Sequence record: SRR20825010_6182
Direction: 5' to 3' (one strand)
DNA: 64,000 nt
Shown: one piece after another, positions 1 to 11,700 of the stretch
Layout: each line of letters starts with the position of its first letter
Numbering within the stretch: the first letter of the stretch is position 1
The notes under the pieces: generated by a model
Database searches by the model: none
Told to the model about the DNA's origin: nothing
Seen by the model: only the letters and a program-made list of their open reading frames with translations
Translations under genes and position numbers: made by a program

Positions 1-1182
1 ATAATTGGTTCTTCCAAATTCTCCTCCCCAGATTACTAGGGTGTCATCTAGCAGCCCTCTTTGTTTTAGGTCTTGGATTAGGGCCGCAGTGGCTTGATCC
101 ACGTCTTTTGATTGGTTGGTGATGTCTCCGGGGAGGTCACCGTGCTGATCCCAACCCATGTGGTAGAGCTGAATAAACCTAACATCTCTTTCGGCAAGTC
201 TTCTGGCCAATAAACAATTAGCGGCATAAGTACCTGGCCGTCTTGAATCTTCTCCGTACATTTCAAAAATATAGTCTGGTTCATCGTCAACATTCATTGT
301 TTCTGGTACTGAAGTTTGCATACGGTAAGCCATTTCATATTGTGCAACCCTACTGCCTATCTCTGGATCGCCAAATTCAGCTTCTTGTTTCATATTTAGT
401 TCGCTAATATGATCTAACATTAAACGTCTGTCCGTTTTGCTGATTCCTTCTGGGTTTTTAAGGTATAAAACAGGATCTTTACCCGATCTAAATTGTACAC
501 CTTGATGAAGTGAACTTAAAAATCCATTTCCCCAAAGTCTGGAGTACAAAGGTTGTGCTACCGGACGCCCAGTACCTCTTGATAAAAGTACCGAAAACGT
601 TGGTAGATTGTCATTTAAACTGCCCAGCCCATAACTAAACCACGAGCCCATACTCGGTCTCCCTGTTTGCTGGGAACCGGTTTGAAAAAATGTTATTGCC
701 GGGTCGTGATTGATGGCTTCTGTGTGTACCGATTTAACAAAGCATAAATCATCTACAATTTTAGCGGTATGGGGCATAAGTTCACTCACCCAAGCTCTTG
801 ATTTTCCATATTGATCAAACTTAAATTGACTGCCTACTAATGGAAATCTGTCTTGACCAGCGGTCATTCCAGTGAGTCGTTGACCTTGTCTAACAGAATC
901 AGGCAAGTCTTCTCCCCTCATTTTGCTCAGGAGGGGTTTATAATCAAAAAGCTCAAGTTGTGAGGGACCACCACTTTGAAATAGATATATAACACGTTTG
1001 GCCTTTGGTGCAAAATGAAGTGCTTTTGCAGGTAAGATGTTCTGAGCTACACTTTTATGTCCTTCAGTCAAAGATAGAGGGTCAATCATGGAGGCTACAG
1101 CGAGCCCTCCGAGGCCTACGCCCATTTTTTTTATAAATTGACGCCTATTGTTATTGAGAAAATGTTTAGTGATTTCATCCAT
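1..1182 (-). CDS. DUF1501 family protein (3' end runs off window start)
   Basis: Not in the ORF track; translated by hand from ATG at 1182: MDEITKHFLNNNRRQFIKKMGVGLGGLA...APKAKRVIYLFQSGGPSQLELFDYKP...HTEAINHDPA...GRPSMGSWFSYGLGS. These are typical DUF1501 motifs with a twin-Arg N-terminus, and the gene starts 4 bp after the DUF1553 gene. Confidence 0.9.
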   Translation of the reverse strand, partial: MDEITKHFLNNNRRQFIKKMGVGLGGLAVASMIDPLSLTEGHKSVAQNILPAKALHFAPKAKRVIYLFQSGGPSQLELFDYKPLLSKMRGEDLPDSVRQGQRLTGMTAGQDRFPLVGSQFKFDQYGKSRAWVSELMPHTAKIVDDLCFVKSVHTEAINHDPAITFFQTGSQQTGRPSMGSWFSYGLGSLNDNLPTFSVLLSRGTGRPVAQPLYSRLWGNGFLSSLHQGVQFRSGKDPVLYLKNPEGISKTDRRLMLDHISELNMKQEAEFGDPEIGSRVAQYEMAYRMQTSVPETMNVDDEPDYIFEMYGEDSRRPGTYAANCLLARRLAERDVRFIQLYHMGWDQHGDLPGDITNQSKDVDQATAALIQDLKQRGLLDDTLVIWGGEFGRTNY

Positions 1183-1186
1183 AATA

Positions 1187-3571
1187 TTACCCTTTATTTA
1201 TTGATTCATCAAGATTGAAAATTAGGCTGATCAAATTGGTATATGCCCTCAAATCTTTAGAAGTAGTGTTTTGTGCTTTTGCCTTTTCGGCAATGTCATG
1301 ATCCTGATTATCATCTGCACTGTTATTCCTTGTTTCGTTTAAATAGTTTTGGAGTCGATTGATCTCCTGTTCTTCAGGAAAACGAGAGGTTATTTTTCTG
1401 AAGATATATTTTATTCTATCAGCTTCGTTCATAGAAGTATTGTTCAGTACTTTGTTGGCAAGTTTTTTAGATGCTTCCATTAATTGTGGGTCGTTCATCA
1501 TGACCAAAGCCTGTAAAGGTGTACTTGTTTTTTGTCGTTTTACCTCGCATAAGTCCCTTGTGGGCGAATCAAATATTAACATAGCAGGAGGAGGTACCGT
1601 TCGTTTCCAAAATGTATATAGACTTCTTCTAAATCCATTTTCTCCTGTGTCCGGAATATATTTAAGAAGTAACCCTTCTACCCCAGAGGATGTTTCTTCC
1701 CACAAACCCTCTGGTTGGTATGGCTTCACACTTGGTCCCCCTATTTTTTTGACCAATAAGTTGCTTACCGCAAGCATGTTATCCCTAATCATTTCCGAGG
1801 TAAGTTTACTACGGGAGCTGCGAGCTAATAATTTATTATATGGGTCTCTACTTAATAGCTCAGAACTTACTTTAGATGTTTGGCGGTATGTACTCGACAA
1901 GACCATACGCTTATACAATTTTTTCATATCCCAACCCTCTTCTCTAAATGTGATTGCCAACCAATCCAGAAGCTCTGGATGTGAAGGCAATGCTCCTTGA
2001 TTTCCAAAATCATCGGATGTAGATACTATGCCCACACCAAAAATCTGTTGCCACATCCTATTGACTGCTACCCTGGCCGTTAATGGATTATCTTCTTTGA
2101 AAAGCCATTGTGCCAACCCCAATCTGTTCTTGGGGTATTGATCCGTAAAAGGCAAAACACTTTTTGGAGTGTGCGGTATAATCTCTTCTTCTTTATTGGG
2201 GGCGTCATAAACGCCTCTATTTAAAAGATAGGTTTTACGGTCTGCTGCGTCATCTCGCATTACCATTAATCCTAGTTTTGAAATAGAATCCGGCATATTT
2301 ATAAAGGCTAGTGTTTGATCAATTTCCTTTTGGGTAATTTCGATTTTAGGCTCAGGAATTTCTTTAAATTCAATAACTCCTTTTTCGTTTACCTTATTGA
2401 AAAAACTGTAGAAACCAAAAAACTCTTTTTGGGAAATAGGATCGTATTTATGATCATGACAACGAGCGCACTCCATGGTTAAGCCCAAAAAGGCTTTGGC
2501 AGTTGTACTAGTTCTATCCATTACGTATTCTACGCGATACTCTTCGTCTATGACTCCACCTTCTTGGGTAATCTTATGATTTCTGTTAAATCCAGTAGCT
2601 ACAATTTGCTCTAAGGTTGAATTTGGCAATAAATCTCCTGCAATTTGCCAGGTTACAAATTCGTCGTAGGGTATATTTCTATTAAAGGCACTAATTACCC
2701 AGTCTCTCCAAGGCCACATAGTCCGCTCATAATCTTCTTGGTAGCCATGTGTGTCCCCATACCTTGACAGGTCTAACCAGTTGGCCGCCATCCTTTCACC
2801 GTATGCAGTAGATTCCAATAACCTATCCACTACCTTTTCATAGGCGTTGGAGCTGGTGTCCGATAAAAAAGCATCTAAGTCTTCAATTGATGGGGGAAGA
2901 CCAGTCAGGTCAAAATATAGCTTCCTAATTAATTTTTCCTTTTTGGCTTCGTGCGATGGTTCCAATCCCTCCAATTCCAAGCGCTTTGATATAAAATAGT
3001 CAATCTCATTTGTAGCCCAATCGGGATTATGTATTTTTGGAAGGCTTATTGGTTTAGGAGGTTCAAACGCCCAATGTTCTTTCCATTGAGCCCCTTGCTC
3101 TATCCATTTGTTAAGTAACTTTTTCTCATATTTTGTAAGTGTAAGATTGGACGAGGTAGGGGGCATTATTTTTTCTGAATCAGTCTCGTTGATACGTGAT
3201 ATCAGTTGACTATTTTCCGGATCTCCCGGAACTATAGCATGTTTATCCAAATTTTTACCTATGGCAGCAAAAGCTCCTTCTTGTGTGTCCAAACGCAAAC
3301 CACCTTCTCTTGTACCTTCATCGGGCCCATGACATAAAAAGCACCTATCTGAGAGTATTGGTTTTATGTGAAAAATAAAATCGATGCTATCCGGTAGTTT
3401 GGCCGGTGTGATCATTTCTTCACTATCGGCATTGGAGCCTGATTGATTTATAGCCATATACTCGTTTTTAGAGCTCATGGATCCGTATTTAATTACTAGA
3501 AGAACAATAAACGGTATCGCGAAGTATAGTAACCAACTAATGGTGTTTTTGGAATTGAATTTAATTTTCAT
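1187..3571 (-). CDS. Planctomycete cytochrome c + DUF1549/DUF1553 (PSD1) domain protein
   Basis: N-terminal TM/signal; CxxCH motifs CFLCHG and CARCHDH; HWAF, WRDWVI, NPLTARVAVNRMW, PSHPELLDWLA, TPLQAL motifs. Confidence 0.92.
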   Translation of the reverse strand: MKIKFNSKNTISWLLYFAIPFIVLLVIKYGSMSSKNEYMAINQSGSNADSEEMITPAKLPDSIDFIFHIKPILSDRCFLCHGPDEGTREGGLRLDTQEGAFAAIGKNLDKHAIVPGDPENSQLISRINETDSEKIMPPTSSNLTLTKYEKKLLNKWIEQGAQWKEHWAFEPPKPISLPKIHNPDWATNEIDYFISKRLELEGLEPSHEAKKEKLIRKLYFDLTGLPPSIEDLDAFLSDTSSNAYEKVVDRLLESTAYGERMAANWLDLSRYGDTHGYQEDYERTMWPWRDWVISAFNRNIPYDEFVTWQIAGDLLPNSTLEQIVATGFNRNHKITQEGGVIDEEYRVEYVMDRTSTTAKAFLGLTMECARCHDHKYDPISQKEFFGFYSFFNKVNEKGVIEFKEIPEPKIEITQKEIDQTLAFINMPDSISKLGLMVMRDDAADRKTYLLNRGVYDAPNKEEEIIPHTPKSVLPFTDQYPKNRLGLAQWLFKEDNPLTARVAVNRMWQQIFGVGIVSTSDDFGNQGALPSHPELLDWLAITFREEGWDMKKLYKRMVLSSTYRQTSKVSSELLSRDPYNKLLARSSRSKLTSEMIRDNMLAVSNLLVKKIGGPSVKPYQPEGLWEETSSGVEGLLLKYIPDTGENGFRRSLYTFWKRTVPPPAMLIFDSPTRDLCEVKRQKTSTPLQALVMMNDPQLMEASKKLANKVLNNTSMNEADRIKYIFRKITSRFPEEQEINRLQNYLNETRNNSADDNQDHDIAEKAKAQNTTSKDLRAYTNLISLIFNLDESINKG

Positions 3572-4274
3572 TAATCAGGGTTTATAAATAATCTTAGTAG
3601 ATTTAAACTAAGGTGGTTGCTTTTAAAATTAATGATTCGATACATATATATTAAGGTAGGTAATACTTCTACCACTTTTTTAGGTTCAACTTCCTATGTG
3701 TTTCCAGGTTTTTGGCTATCTCTATTCATCAGTTCGGAATCAAATAATTGAATACTTATTCAACTTTTGTTTTGTTGTCGATAATAATTAGTACTAAAAC
3801 ACTTTATGTTTGGAAAGTACTTAAACCTATACCTAAAAATCATTCATAGGAATCGACGGTTTATTTGGGCAGAAACAATACGAATTTAAAGGATTATTGA
3901 GCTTGGATATTAAACATAGTTTTCAGGTTTTGAAAGTATATTATCAATTGTTGAATTGGAAGGGTTTATCGATTGTGCATAATATGGTCATTGCATGTGG
4001 TTTTTAGTTTTATTATATAAAATCTTGCCATTCTCTTGAGATTTTAATTGTTTTTTCAATGTGAAACTCTAGCATGAACATAAATTCTTTTCGCCAGTTG
4101 GTACAGTATTGAAAAATTTATCCGAGGGAGACAAAAAAAGGGATGAAAAAATAGGCTGTGCACAATAAAGACGGGGTCTGAAAATTGTATTTCATTGGAA
4201 TAAAAAAGGGATTAACTTTGTTAAAAACCAAACCCTTGATTTTTGATTCAACATGTTTTCTTAGCTTACGGACA

Positions 4275-7004
4275 TTAATTTACCGGAGGATAGTTGCGCA
4301 ATCCCCAGTTTTTATTTGGTGTATCTCCTAACCAAATTTCCAATTCTCCCCCAGCTGCAAATTGTTCGTGATAAAACCAAAAATTGTCCAACTCTTCTCC
4401 ATTTAGTTTCGCCTTTTGAATGTAGCAATTTTCTTTAGAGTTGTTATAGGTTTTAATTACAAAGTCTTTACCTTTATAATATCTGTTGTCTAGTGTTATG
4501 GTAATCTTGTCAAAAACGGGGGCTGTAATCTCATAATAAGGTTTCGTGGACTCCGTTCCAACGATATTAAATAGCCCAATGGACATTAGAGCACTCACAC
4601 CACCCATTTGGCCTTGATCTTCATCATGTCCTCCCCAGCCTAAATCAGGGGTAATGCCACCGTATGCTTTTTCATTTACCTGTCGTACCCAATATTGTGT
4701 AAGCCATGGAGCATCGGCATAGCTAAATACATGGGCATTTGAACAACCTGGCTGGTTGGCATAACTAACATAACCTTTGCCATAGCTGTATACAAAATCA
4801 CTTTTTTCTCCTTGCTTAAAGGCTTCGTTCAGTTTTTTTTGCAACTCTGTATTGCCACCCATCAATGAAGCCAATCCCGCAATATCATGTGATACTCCCC
4901 AAGTTGCTTGCCAGGCGTTGGCCTCTACATAGCCCCAGTTCTCCAAGGGGTCGGTAGTAGTAAATTCTCCTTTGTGATTTTTGGGGAATAATAGTTTTTG
5001 ATTAGGTTCATAACAATTTTTCCAAGACTTTGACCTTTCCAAGAAGTAATTGAAATCATCCGTTCTGCCAAGTTTCTTGGCCATTTGGGCAGCTCCCCAA
5101 TCTTGAAAAGCAGCTTCAATATTAATTCCTGCGTTGTTTGGCCACCAACCATTGTCAATATAAAACTCAAGGTCATGGGCAAAGAATTTACCTCCTCCCA
5201 TCATGCCTCCTGGCATATGATTCTTTTTTATCTGTACAAAAGCGTTTTTAGGGTCGGTCTTTGTCAGGATATCCTTCATAAAAGTACTTACAATTAAATT
5301 GGTGGCTGGAGATCCGGTCATAATGTAAGAGTATCCACCACCGGACGGACCACGGGGTAGCAAACCACCGTTGTTGGAATAGGCGACCATGGAAGAGGCC
5401 ATATCATCTTGAATCTCTGGCCAGGCTAATCCCCATAAGACATTTAAATTCCATTGTGTTAACCACCATGCATCTGAATTATACATGTTGTGTTTCACTT
5501 TGCCTTCTGTATCCTTTCCTGGATTCCGTACTTTAAAATTCGCTTCAGTAATAAATCCATCTGTCAGGTTTCCGGTGGATTTTGTTTCGCCAGTTGTCCT
5601 GTCAGGATAGTCTCCATTTACATCGTTTATACGGTGGCGGCCCAATAAAACATGCCATAGATCTGTATAAAACTTGATACGTTGGGCAACACTTCCCCCT
5701 TCAACTTTTATTTTTCCCAACCATTCGTTCCATATGTCTTGACTGTCATTTCTTACCCTTTCAAAATCCCAGCCACTGCACTCAGTATTAAGGTTATTAC
5801 GGGCATTCTCTATGCTAGTGTACGAAATTGCAATCTTCATCTTTACTACTTCCCCAGCTTTGGTGTTGTATAACATGGTGGTTCCAGCGTTATCGCCGCC
5901 TTCCAGCAAGGAGATGTTTTTTTGCATTTTTTCACCATCCCATCCATCTAAAGATTCCCATTTTTTATCTACTTGGACTACAAAATAGATTTTTACATCC
6001 TTGGGACCTACATTATAAGCCCTATCTACCGAACTTACCGAACCAACAAATTCGGAATCACTGGTTTTTTCAATAACGGGATTGGTCATTCTACTGTTAC
6101 CTAAAAGTCCGCCTAAGGATAGTAATAGTTGTGCTTCTGTATCTTCTGTCCAACGAAATTTGTAAAAACTTACTCGGTCGGTAGCGGTTTGCTCCACCCA
6201 GACATTGCTTTTGGGTAGATGAATACGATGATAACCCGGTTGCACAATTTCATCATCATGCTTAAAGGGTGACTTCCATTCATCCTGGCCTTTACGGGGA
6301 TCGATACTGGCCAAAGTGGGCATTAAGTTTAGTCCGGATAATGTCCAGGCATGAATCTGGGGGAAACCTAAGATTTCTTTGGATTTATGGGCGTAGCCGC
6401 CTCCGCTGTTATTCCAGTTTATAGTCATTGGTGCAGCACTTACTAAACCATAAGGACGTTGACCTGTAATAAATAGGAAAAATCGGCCTCTGTTTGTCTC
6501 TATATAAGGATCTACCCATTCTACCGGTTGCTTATATTGATTGGCCGAAGGATAAACTTCGATTTCTGAAAGCCCTATATTTTGCCCCTGGCCTTTATGT
6601 GCATTAAAGCGGACAAAACTTGTGTTTTTCTCTTCAAATTCAATGGCTTTTGCCGATCCGTCGGTTGGTAATTCCACATCTATAGTGCTACCATCACTAA
6701 ACTCTAACTTTCCATATAGAATTCTGTTGGTTTCGGAGGGTGAATTAAAAATAACTATTTTATCCACTAATTGTGGTTTGTCCCAGCTTAACATTATCCA
6801 GGCGTCATTTCCTTTAGCCATCCAGTTGCCTTTACCTTTAACTGAGATAATACCGTCATTAATATTGTCGTGAGCATATTTTTTATTCAATTGAGATGAG
6901 GATGATACTTTTGCTTGGGAGGCAATGCTAAGAGGCCTGGCAAAATTTAACTGGACATTAAGAAGTATTATTAAAAGTATGAAGTGTAATTTTATATTTC
7001 CCAT
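4275..7004 (-). CDS. GH92 alpha-mannosidase-family enzyme with N-terminal F5/8 type C (discoidin-like) domain
   Basis: Signal peptide; ...GLSEIEVY discoidin-like end; VDPYI, KFYTDLWH, EANAWQ, NQP, DEDQGQMGG motifs. Confidence 0.9.
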   Translation of the reverse strand: MGNIKLHFILLIILLNVQLNFARPLSIASQAKVSSSSQLNKKYAHDNINDGIISVKGKGNWMAKGNDAWIMLSWDKPQLVDKIVIFNSPSETNRILYGKLEFSDGSTIDVELPTDGSAKAIEFEEKNTSFVRFNAHKGQGQNIGLSEIEVYPSANQYKQPVEWVDPYIETNRGRFFLFITGQRPYGLVSAAPMTINWNNSGGGYAHKSKEILGFPQIHAWTLSGLNLMPTLASIDPRKGQDEWKSPFKHDDEIVQPGYHRIHLPKSNVWVEQTATDRVSFYKFRWTEDTEAQLLLSLGGLLGNSRMTNPVIEKTSDSEFVGSVSSVDRAYNVGPKDVKIYFVVQVDKKWESLDGWDGEKMQKNISLLEGGDNAGTTMLYNTKAGEVVKMKIAISYTSIENARNNLNTECSGWDFERVRNDSQDIWNEWLGKIKVEGGSVAQRIKFYTDLWHVLLGRHRINDVNGDYPDRTTGETKSTGNLTDGFITEANFKVRNPGKDTEGKVKHNMYNSDAWWLTQWNLNVLWGLAWPEIQDDMASSMVAYSNNGGLLPRGPSGGGYSYIMTGSPATNLIVSTFMKDILTKTDPKNAFVQIKKNHMPGGMMGGGKFFAHDLEFYIDNGWWPNNAGINIEAAFQDWGAAQMAKKLGRTDDFNYFLERSKSWKNCYEPNQKLLFPKNHKGEFTTTDPLENWGYVEANAWQATWGVSHDIAGLASLMGGNTELQKKLNEAFKQGEKSDFVYSYGKGYVSYANQPGCSNAHVFSYADAPWLTQYWVRQVNEKAYGGITPDLGWGGHDEDQGQMGGVSALMSIGLFNIVGTESTKPYYEITAPVFDKITITLDNRYYKGKDFVIKTYNNSKENCYIQKAKLNGEELDNFWFYHEQFAAGGELEIWLGDTPNKNWGLRNYPPVN

Positions 7005-7058
7005 TGTGATATTGATTGCAAGAATTATAATTTTATTTCAAAATATCATTAGAATATT

Positions 7059-7078
7059 ATGTACATATGTTTAGACAT
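7059..7078. promoter_or_regulatory. Putative GntR operator ATGT-ACAT-ATGT-TTAG-ACAT
   Basis: One of four copies of ATGT-N4-ATGT-N4-ACAT; lies between divergent genes at 7004 and 7410. Confidence 0.7.
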
Positions 7079-7409
7079 TTGTAAATATATTTAAATGTTT
7101 TTAAGTTTTTGTATTATTCATTAAATAATTTCTAATATCTTAATTATTGGTAAATAACACTGAAAAATCAATAATTGGCCTGTATAGATAGTTATTTTGT
7201 AGTTGTTCAATAAATATCATATTACTTTGAAGTTAGTGGGAGCTAATCACTTTGTTGTTTGTATATGACGCCAGTGGTGCGGAAATTATGATATAATTAT
7301 TTTAAAAGTTCCATTTGCCGGTTATATTTTGTAGAGATGGAGCCGTTTGGTTTTATTTCTTAACTTATATTCACGTTGTACCAATTTTTTACGATACTAT
7401 TAGGGAGAG

Positions 7410-8552
7410 ATGGAAAAATTTAGGAATATTATCATTATAAAGGGATTTGTATTTTTTCTTATTTTTTTTGCACTTTCTTGTGCCAATAGCAAAAAGGGGA
7501 ACCCTCTAGATAGTGGAAATCGTGTTAAATTACTTGAAGTTTCCAAGGCTCTGGATTTTGAGAACATGGTTATTGTTGATAGTCTTGGGGTTACAGGGGC
7601 TGATGGCGCAATTTCTTTTCCCTTGGACGATGACATATCAATTTTTATGATGGGGGATTCTTTTTTGACACCTGTCCGGAAAAAGAAAAGGGATGTTAAT
7701 AGTCCAATGATCAATAATACCTTTATTGCTTTAAGTAGGAGAGGAGAGACCCATACTGCATTATATCAGGGGACTATGGCTAATCCAGTCGCTTTTCTCA
7801 AACCTGTTGACGGAAGTCCACATGAATATTATTGGCCGGGTCACGGTTTTGAAAGTAATGGGAAGCTACATGTTTTCATGTCTCGTTTTTTACATGGTGA
7901 TGGAGCTTGGGGTTTTAAATTTTCTGGAACGGACTATATTACCTTGGACGCTAAGACTTTTAAGGTTATTTCACAGCATGATTTTCCATATTCAATTCAA
8001 AATCATGTGCATTACGGACATTCGGTAGTTTACATGGGTAATTATACGTATATCTATGGCGCATGGAGTAACAAGGACTCGACCGCCCTTCATTTAGCTA
8101 GGGGGAAACTTGATATGGAAACAGATTTACTTGATTCTTTTAAATTTTTTGATGGGAAGGGCTGGACTTCCGATCCGATTGCCAGCGCGCCTTTAAAAGG
8201 TATTGGGCAACCGATACCAGAACAATTTTCAGTGTTTAAATATGGGAATCTTTTTATTTTGATTCTACAAGCGAGGGAATTGGGTAATGGAAATATTTAT
8301 TCCTATACATCTTCTGCCCCGACTGGCCCTTGGCGAAATGAAAAGTTATTGTACCAAACCACGGAGCAGGAAAATACGAACGATCAAATTTTTACATATA
8401 ATGCCATGGCTCATCCTCAGTACATAAAAAATGGTAAATTATTGATTTCTTATTGTGTCAACAGTTTTGAAGTCAAAAAAATCCATGAGACCAATACTGA
8501 TTATTACAGGCCGAGATTTATTTGGGTTCCAATGGAAATGATTTTGGAATAA
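7410..8552 (+). CDS. DUF4185/DUF5005-like beta-propeller lipoprotein, putative glycoside hydrolase
   Basis: Lipobox FALSC; TGADGAIS..MGDSF, YYWPG, PTGPW, YNAMAHP, YRPRF motifs. Confidence 0.7.
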   Translation: MEKFRNIIIIKGFVFFLIFFALSCANSKKGNPLDSGNRVKLLEVSKALDFENMVIVDSLGVTGADGAISFPLDDDISIFMMGDSFLTPVRKKKRDVNSPMINNTFIALSRRGETHTALYQGTMANPVAFLKPVDGSPHEYYWPGHGFESNGKLHVFMSRFLHGDGAWGFKFSGTDYITLDAKTFKVISQHDFPYSIQNHVHYGHSVVYMGNYTYIYGAWSNKDSTALHLARGKLDMETDLLDSFKFFDGKGWTSDPIASAPLKGIGQPIPEQFSVFKYGNLFILILQARELGNGNIYSYTSSAPTGPWRNEKLLYQTTEQENTNDQIFTYNAMAHPQYIKNGKLLISYCVNSFEVKKIHETNTDYYRPRFIWVPMEMILE

Positions 8553-8597
8553 AACACTTTAGTTAGCCTATTATATTTATCATTATACGAGGACACT

Positions 8598-8640
8598 AAA
8601 AAAGAAGTCCGCCATAAATTTACTTCTAGACGGACTCTTC
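8598..8640 (-). terminator. Intrinsic terminator after the VCBS gene (possibly bidirectional)
   Basis: Minus strand AAGAGTCCGTCT...GGCGGACTTCTT followed by a U tract; lies between convergent genes. Confidence 0.65.
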
Positions 8641-8747
8641 CTAACTAACTCAAATCACTAACCGTATGAAAATTAATGATATTTTTAATTTGTTTTAGTA
8701 CTAGTGCAATTGTTGGTTGTATTTAATATGTTTGATGAAATTATCTT

Positions 8748-11700
8748 TTATAGGATTTTTAATAATTGTAAATAATCATTGTTCTTGGCGAAAAGAACTC
8801 CAATTTGTCCGTTTGCAAGTCTTATTTTTTTTATGGATTTGACTTCGCCTTTTATTAATAGTCCGGTATCATAGGGCATTTGTGAAATTAATCTTCCTTC
8901 CACATCACCAATCATAAGTCCTCCAAAACTTGCATCCCCTCGTGGCGTTTCAACCTCCGAGCCATATAAATTTCCGGCATAGATGACATCCAGATTTCCG
9001 TCTTGATCTACATCCTGTACAATCATTGAATTTATTGGAGCTATCTGCGCTAGGTTATCCAATGATCTAAGTTTAAATTGTCCGTTCCCTAAATTTTCAA
9101 CATAGGTATTGGCAAAATTTTTAACCTTATAGTGGGTCGATTTGGACAAATGTTCAGTAGAATATATGTCTTCCAAACTTGCAGTGGCAAAGGAATGATA
9201 ATCCTTGAATTTCGTTTTTATTGCGGGAATCTGTTGTGAAGAACACTCCCTTCCCCGAATTGGAACCTGTACATTTTTCTCCAACTTACTGAGTACAATA
9301 TCATTTTTCCCATTGTTATCATAATCATAAGTGTAAAGACTAAAAGGGGACTCGATCGTAGCTTGATATTTATAATTGTTTCCCAAATTTCCTAAGATAA
9401 AATCGATATCGCCATCATTGTCAAAATCACTGCTTGTCATCCCAAACCACCAACCAGTAGTATCTGACAATCCAACAGAATCACTATTGTTTACAAATTT
9501 GCCATTTTCGTTCTTAAGATATGTGATACCCATCCATTCCCCTACAATCATCAAGTCTTTGTTACTATCCCCATCAATGTCTATCCAATTGGCCTGAGTT
9601 ACCATTCCTAAATCAAGAAGCACAGGAGCTACTTCTGCAGTTACATCCACGAATTTTATGTCTCCATTATCACTATCGTTTCTTAAGATATAACTTTTAG
9701 GGGCCTTGGGATAGTTTCGCGGGGTGACTCTTCCACCAACAAATAAATCCATATCACCATCGTTATCATAATCCGAAGAAACTACTGTTGAACCACTTCC
9801 GGTCATAACAGGAAGCGCTTGATCATCCTTCACAAATACACCATTCCCTTTATTTATGTAAAATTTGTCTTGATAATAACCGTTATCCTCTGGGTACTCA
9901 TTACCCCCACATACCACATACAGGTCCAATAAGCCATCACCATTTGCATCAAAAAATGTAGAACTTACATCCTCCTGATCTTTACTTTGGCTCCATAATT
10001 CTGTTAATATTTCCGAAAATGTACCGTCCGGATTCTGGCGGAACATGGCTCCTGCAGACCAATTGGCACCCCCAATATAGAAATCATCCAATCCATCATT
10101 ATCTATATCACCTACTGATAAGGCAGGTCCATATTGTGAAATTTTATGGGGCAACAACACTTGATATCTAAAATCATCAAAATTATTTTCTTCATGTTTA
10201 TAATGCAATCCGACCTTTTTGGTGATATCTTCAAAATAATTCTTGTTACTAACGGCTAAATTATTCATGGTTGGCATGGCATTTTTATAAGCCATTGAAA
10301 TGACTTGATCAGTTTTGACATTATTTATGCTTTCCGATCTACCATCAGGCCATATAATTCTTACTGTCCCTATCTCTTCTTTTTGACCCACACCAAAATG
10401 AACCACAGGTTCCACAGACGACTGAAACCCTCTTGTCATTGTCATTTCTTGAAATTGTTGGCCCTCGTTATCTTCCAACCATACCTTACAGCCAATGCCA
10501 AAAGGATTGTTATCGGGACCAAGCAATTTTATCCTTAAATAATTGTTACTTTGATTATTACTTGTCCTGTTTTCATAAACGACACTTTTGTCGTCCAAAT
10601 TATTTACTACCAAATCCAGATCACCATCATTATCGAGATCGGCATATGCCACTCCATTTGAAAAGCCATTGAAGTTGAGCCCCCATTCTTCAGAGACATT
10701 CCTAAAGGTCAAATCGCCATTATTTTTAAAGGCATAGTTATCAATTTTTTCTGAAGGAATTTTTAAGGTAAGATCCAGTGGGTTTTCATTTTCAAAATTC
10801 TGAACTTCGTCACTTCTAAAGTAATCACTATTGTTTATATCCCTACGCACCCCATTGGTAACATAAATATCCTTAAAACCGTCATTATCAAAATCGGCAA
10901 ACAAACTTGCCCAACTCCAATCTGTTGATGAAACCCCTGCTATTTTTGCAATATCCCCAAAATGGGGAAGACCTATGCTATCATTACCCATATTTAATTG
11001 CAAGGTATTAATGGAATACTGATAGTGCATATCATGATCTATCATATTATAGAATCTTTCAGGATCCATACTGTCCATATTCTCCTTAGCCCTTCTGTGG
11101 CTTTTAGGCATCATATCTACTTGATAAAGATCCAATAAGCCGTCATTGTTAAAATCTGCAACGTCCGTTCCCATTCCAAAATAAGATGTATGATTGGTCA
11201 GATTCAAATTTTGGTCAATAAATGTCCCATCTTGATTATTTATCAGAAAATAGTCTGGAGTACTAAAATCATTTGACACATATATATCGGGCCAGCCATC
11301 TTGATTATAGTCCCCTATTGAAACACCTAAGGATAGTCCAAACTTGTTTAGGCCCGAAGATTGGGTAACATCGGTAAATTTACCATTACCTTCATTTTTG
11401 TACAATCTATCACTCTTGTCATAGGGCGCATTATCACGATAATTTAAGAATTCCGCAATACTAGTTCGGGAATTAACCAAAGGATAATTAACTACGTATA
11501 AGTCCTGATCTCCGTCTAAATCAAAATCAAAAAAAACTGCTTGGGTACTATTCCCACTATCGGCAACCCCATAGCTTTCAGCAGATTCCGTAAAAGTTGG
11601 AATCCCATCACCATTGGCATCATTGATATACAATAGATTCTTGGTAGTGGTCCATTTACCTGAAACGCTTACATAAATATCCAACCAACCATCTTGATTA

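Noticed and set aside
78-293. 71-aa minus-strand ORF
   Set aside because: Alternative frame inside the DUF1501 gene, which the track missed because it runs off the window.
1359-2000. 213-aa plus-strand ORF
   Set aside because: Antisense shadow of the DUF1553 gene with no recognisable motifs.
3572-4274. 700-bp intergenic region as a possible IS scar or ncRNA
   Set aside because: No terminal inverted repeats, transposase fragment or convincing structure beyond a weak hairpin near 4203-4243.
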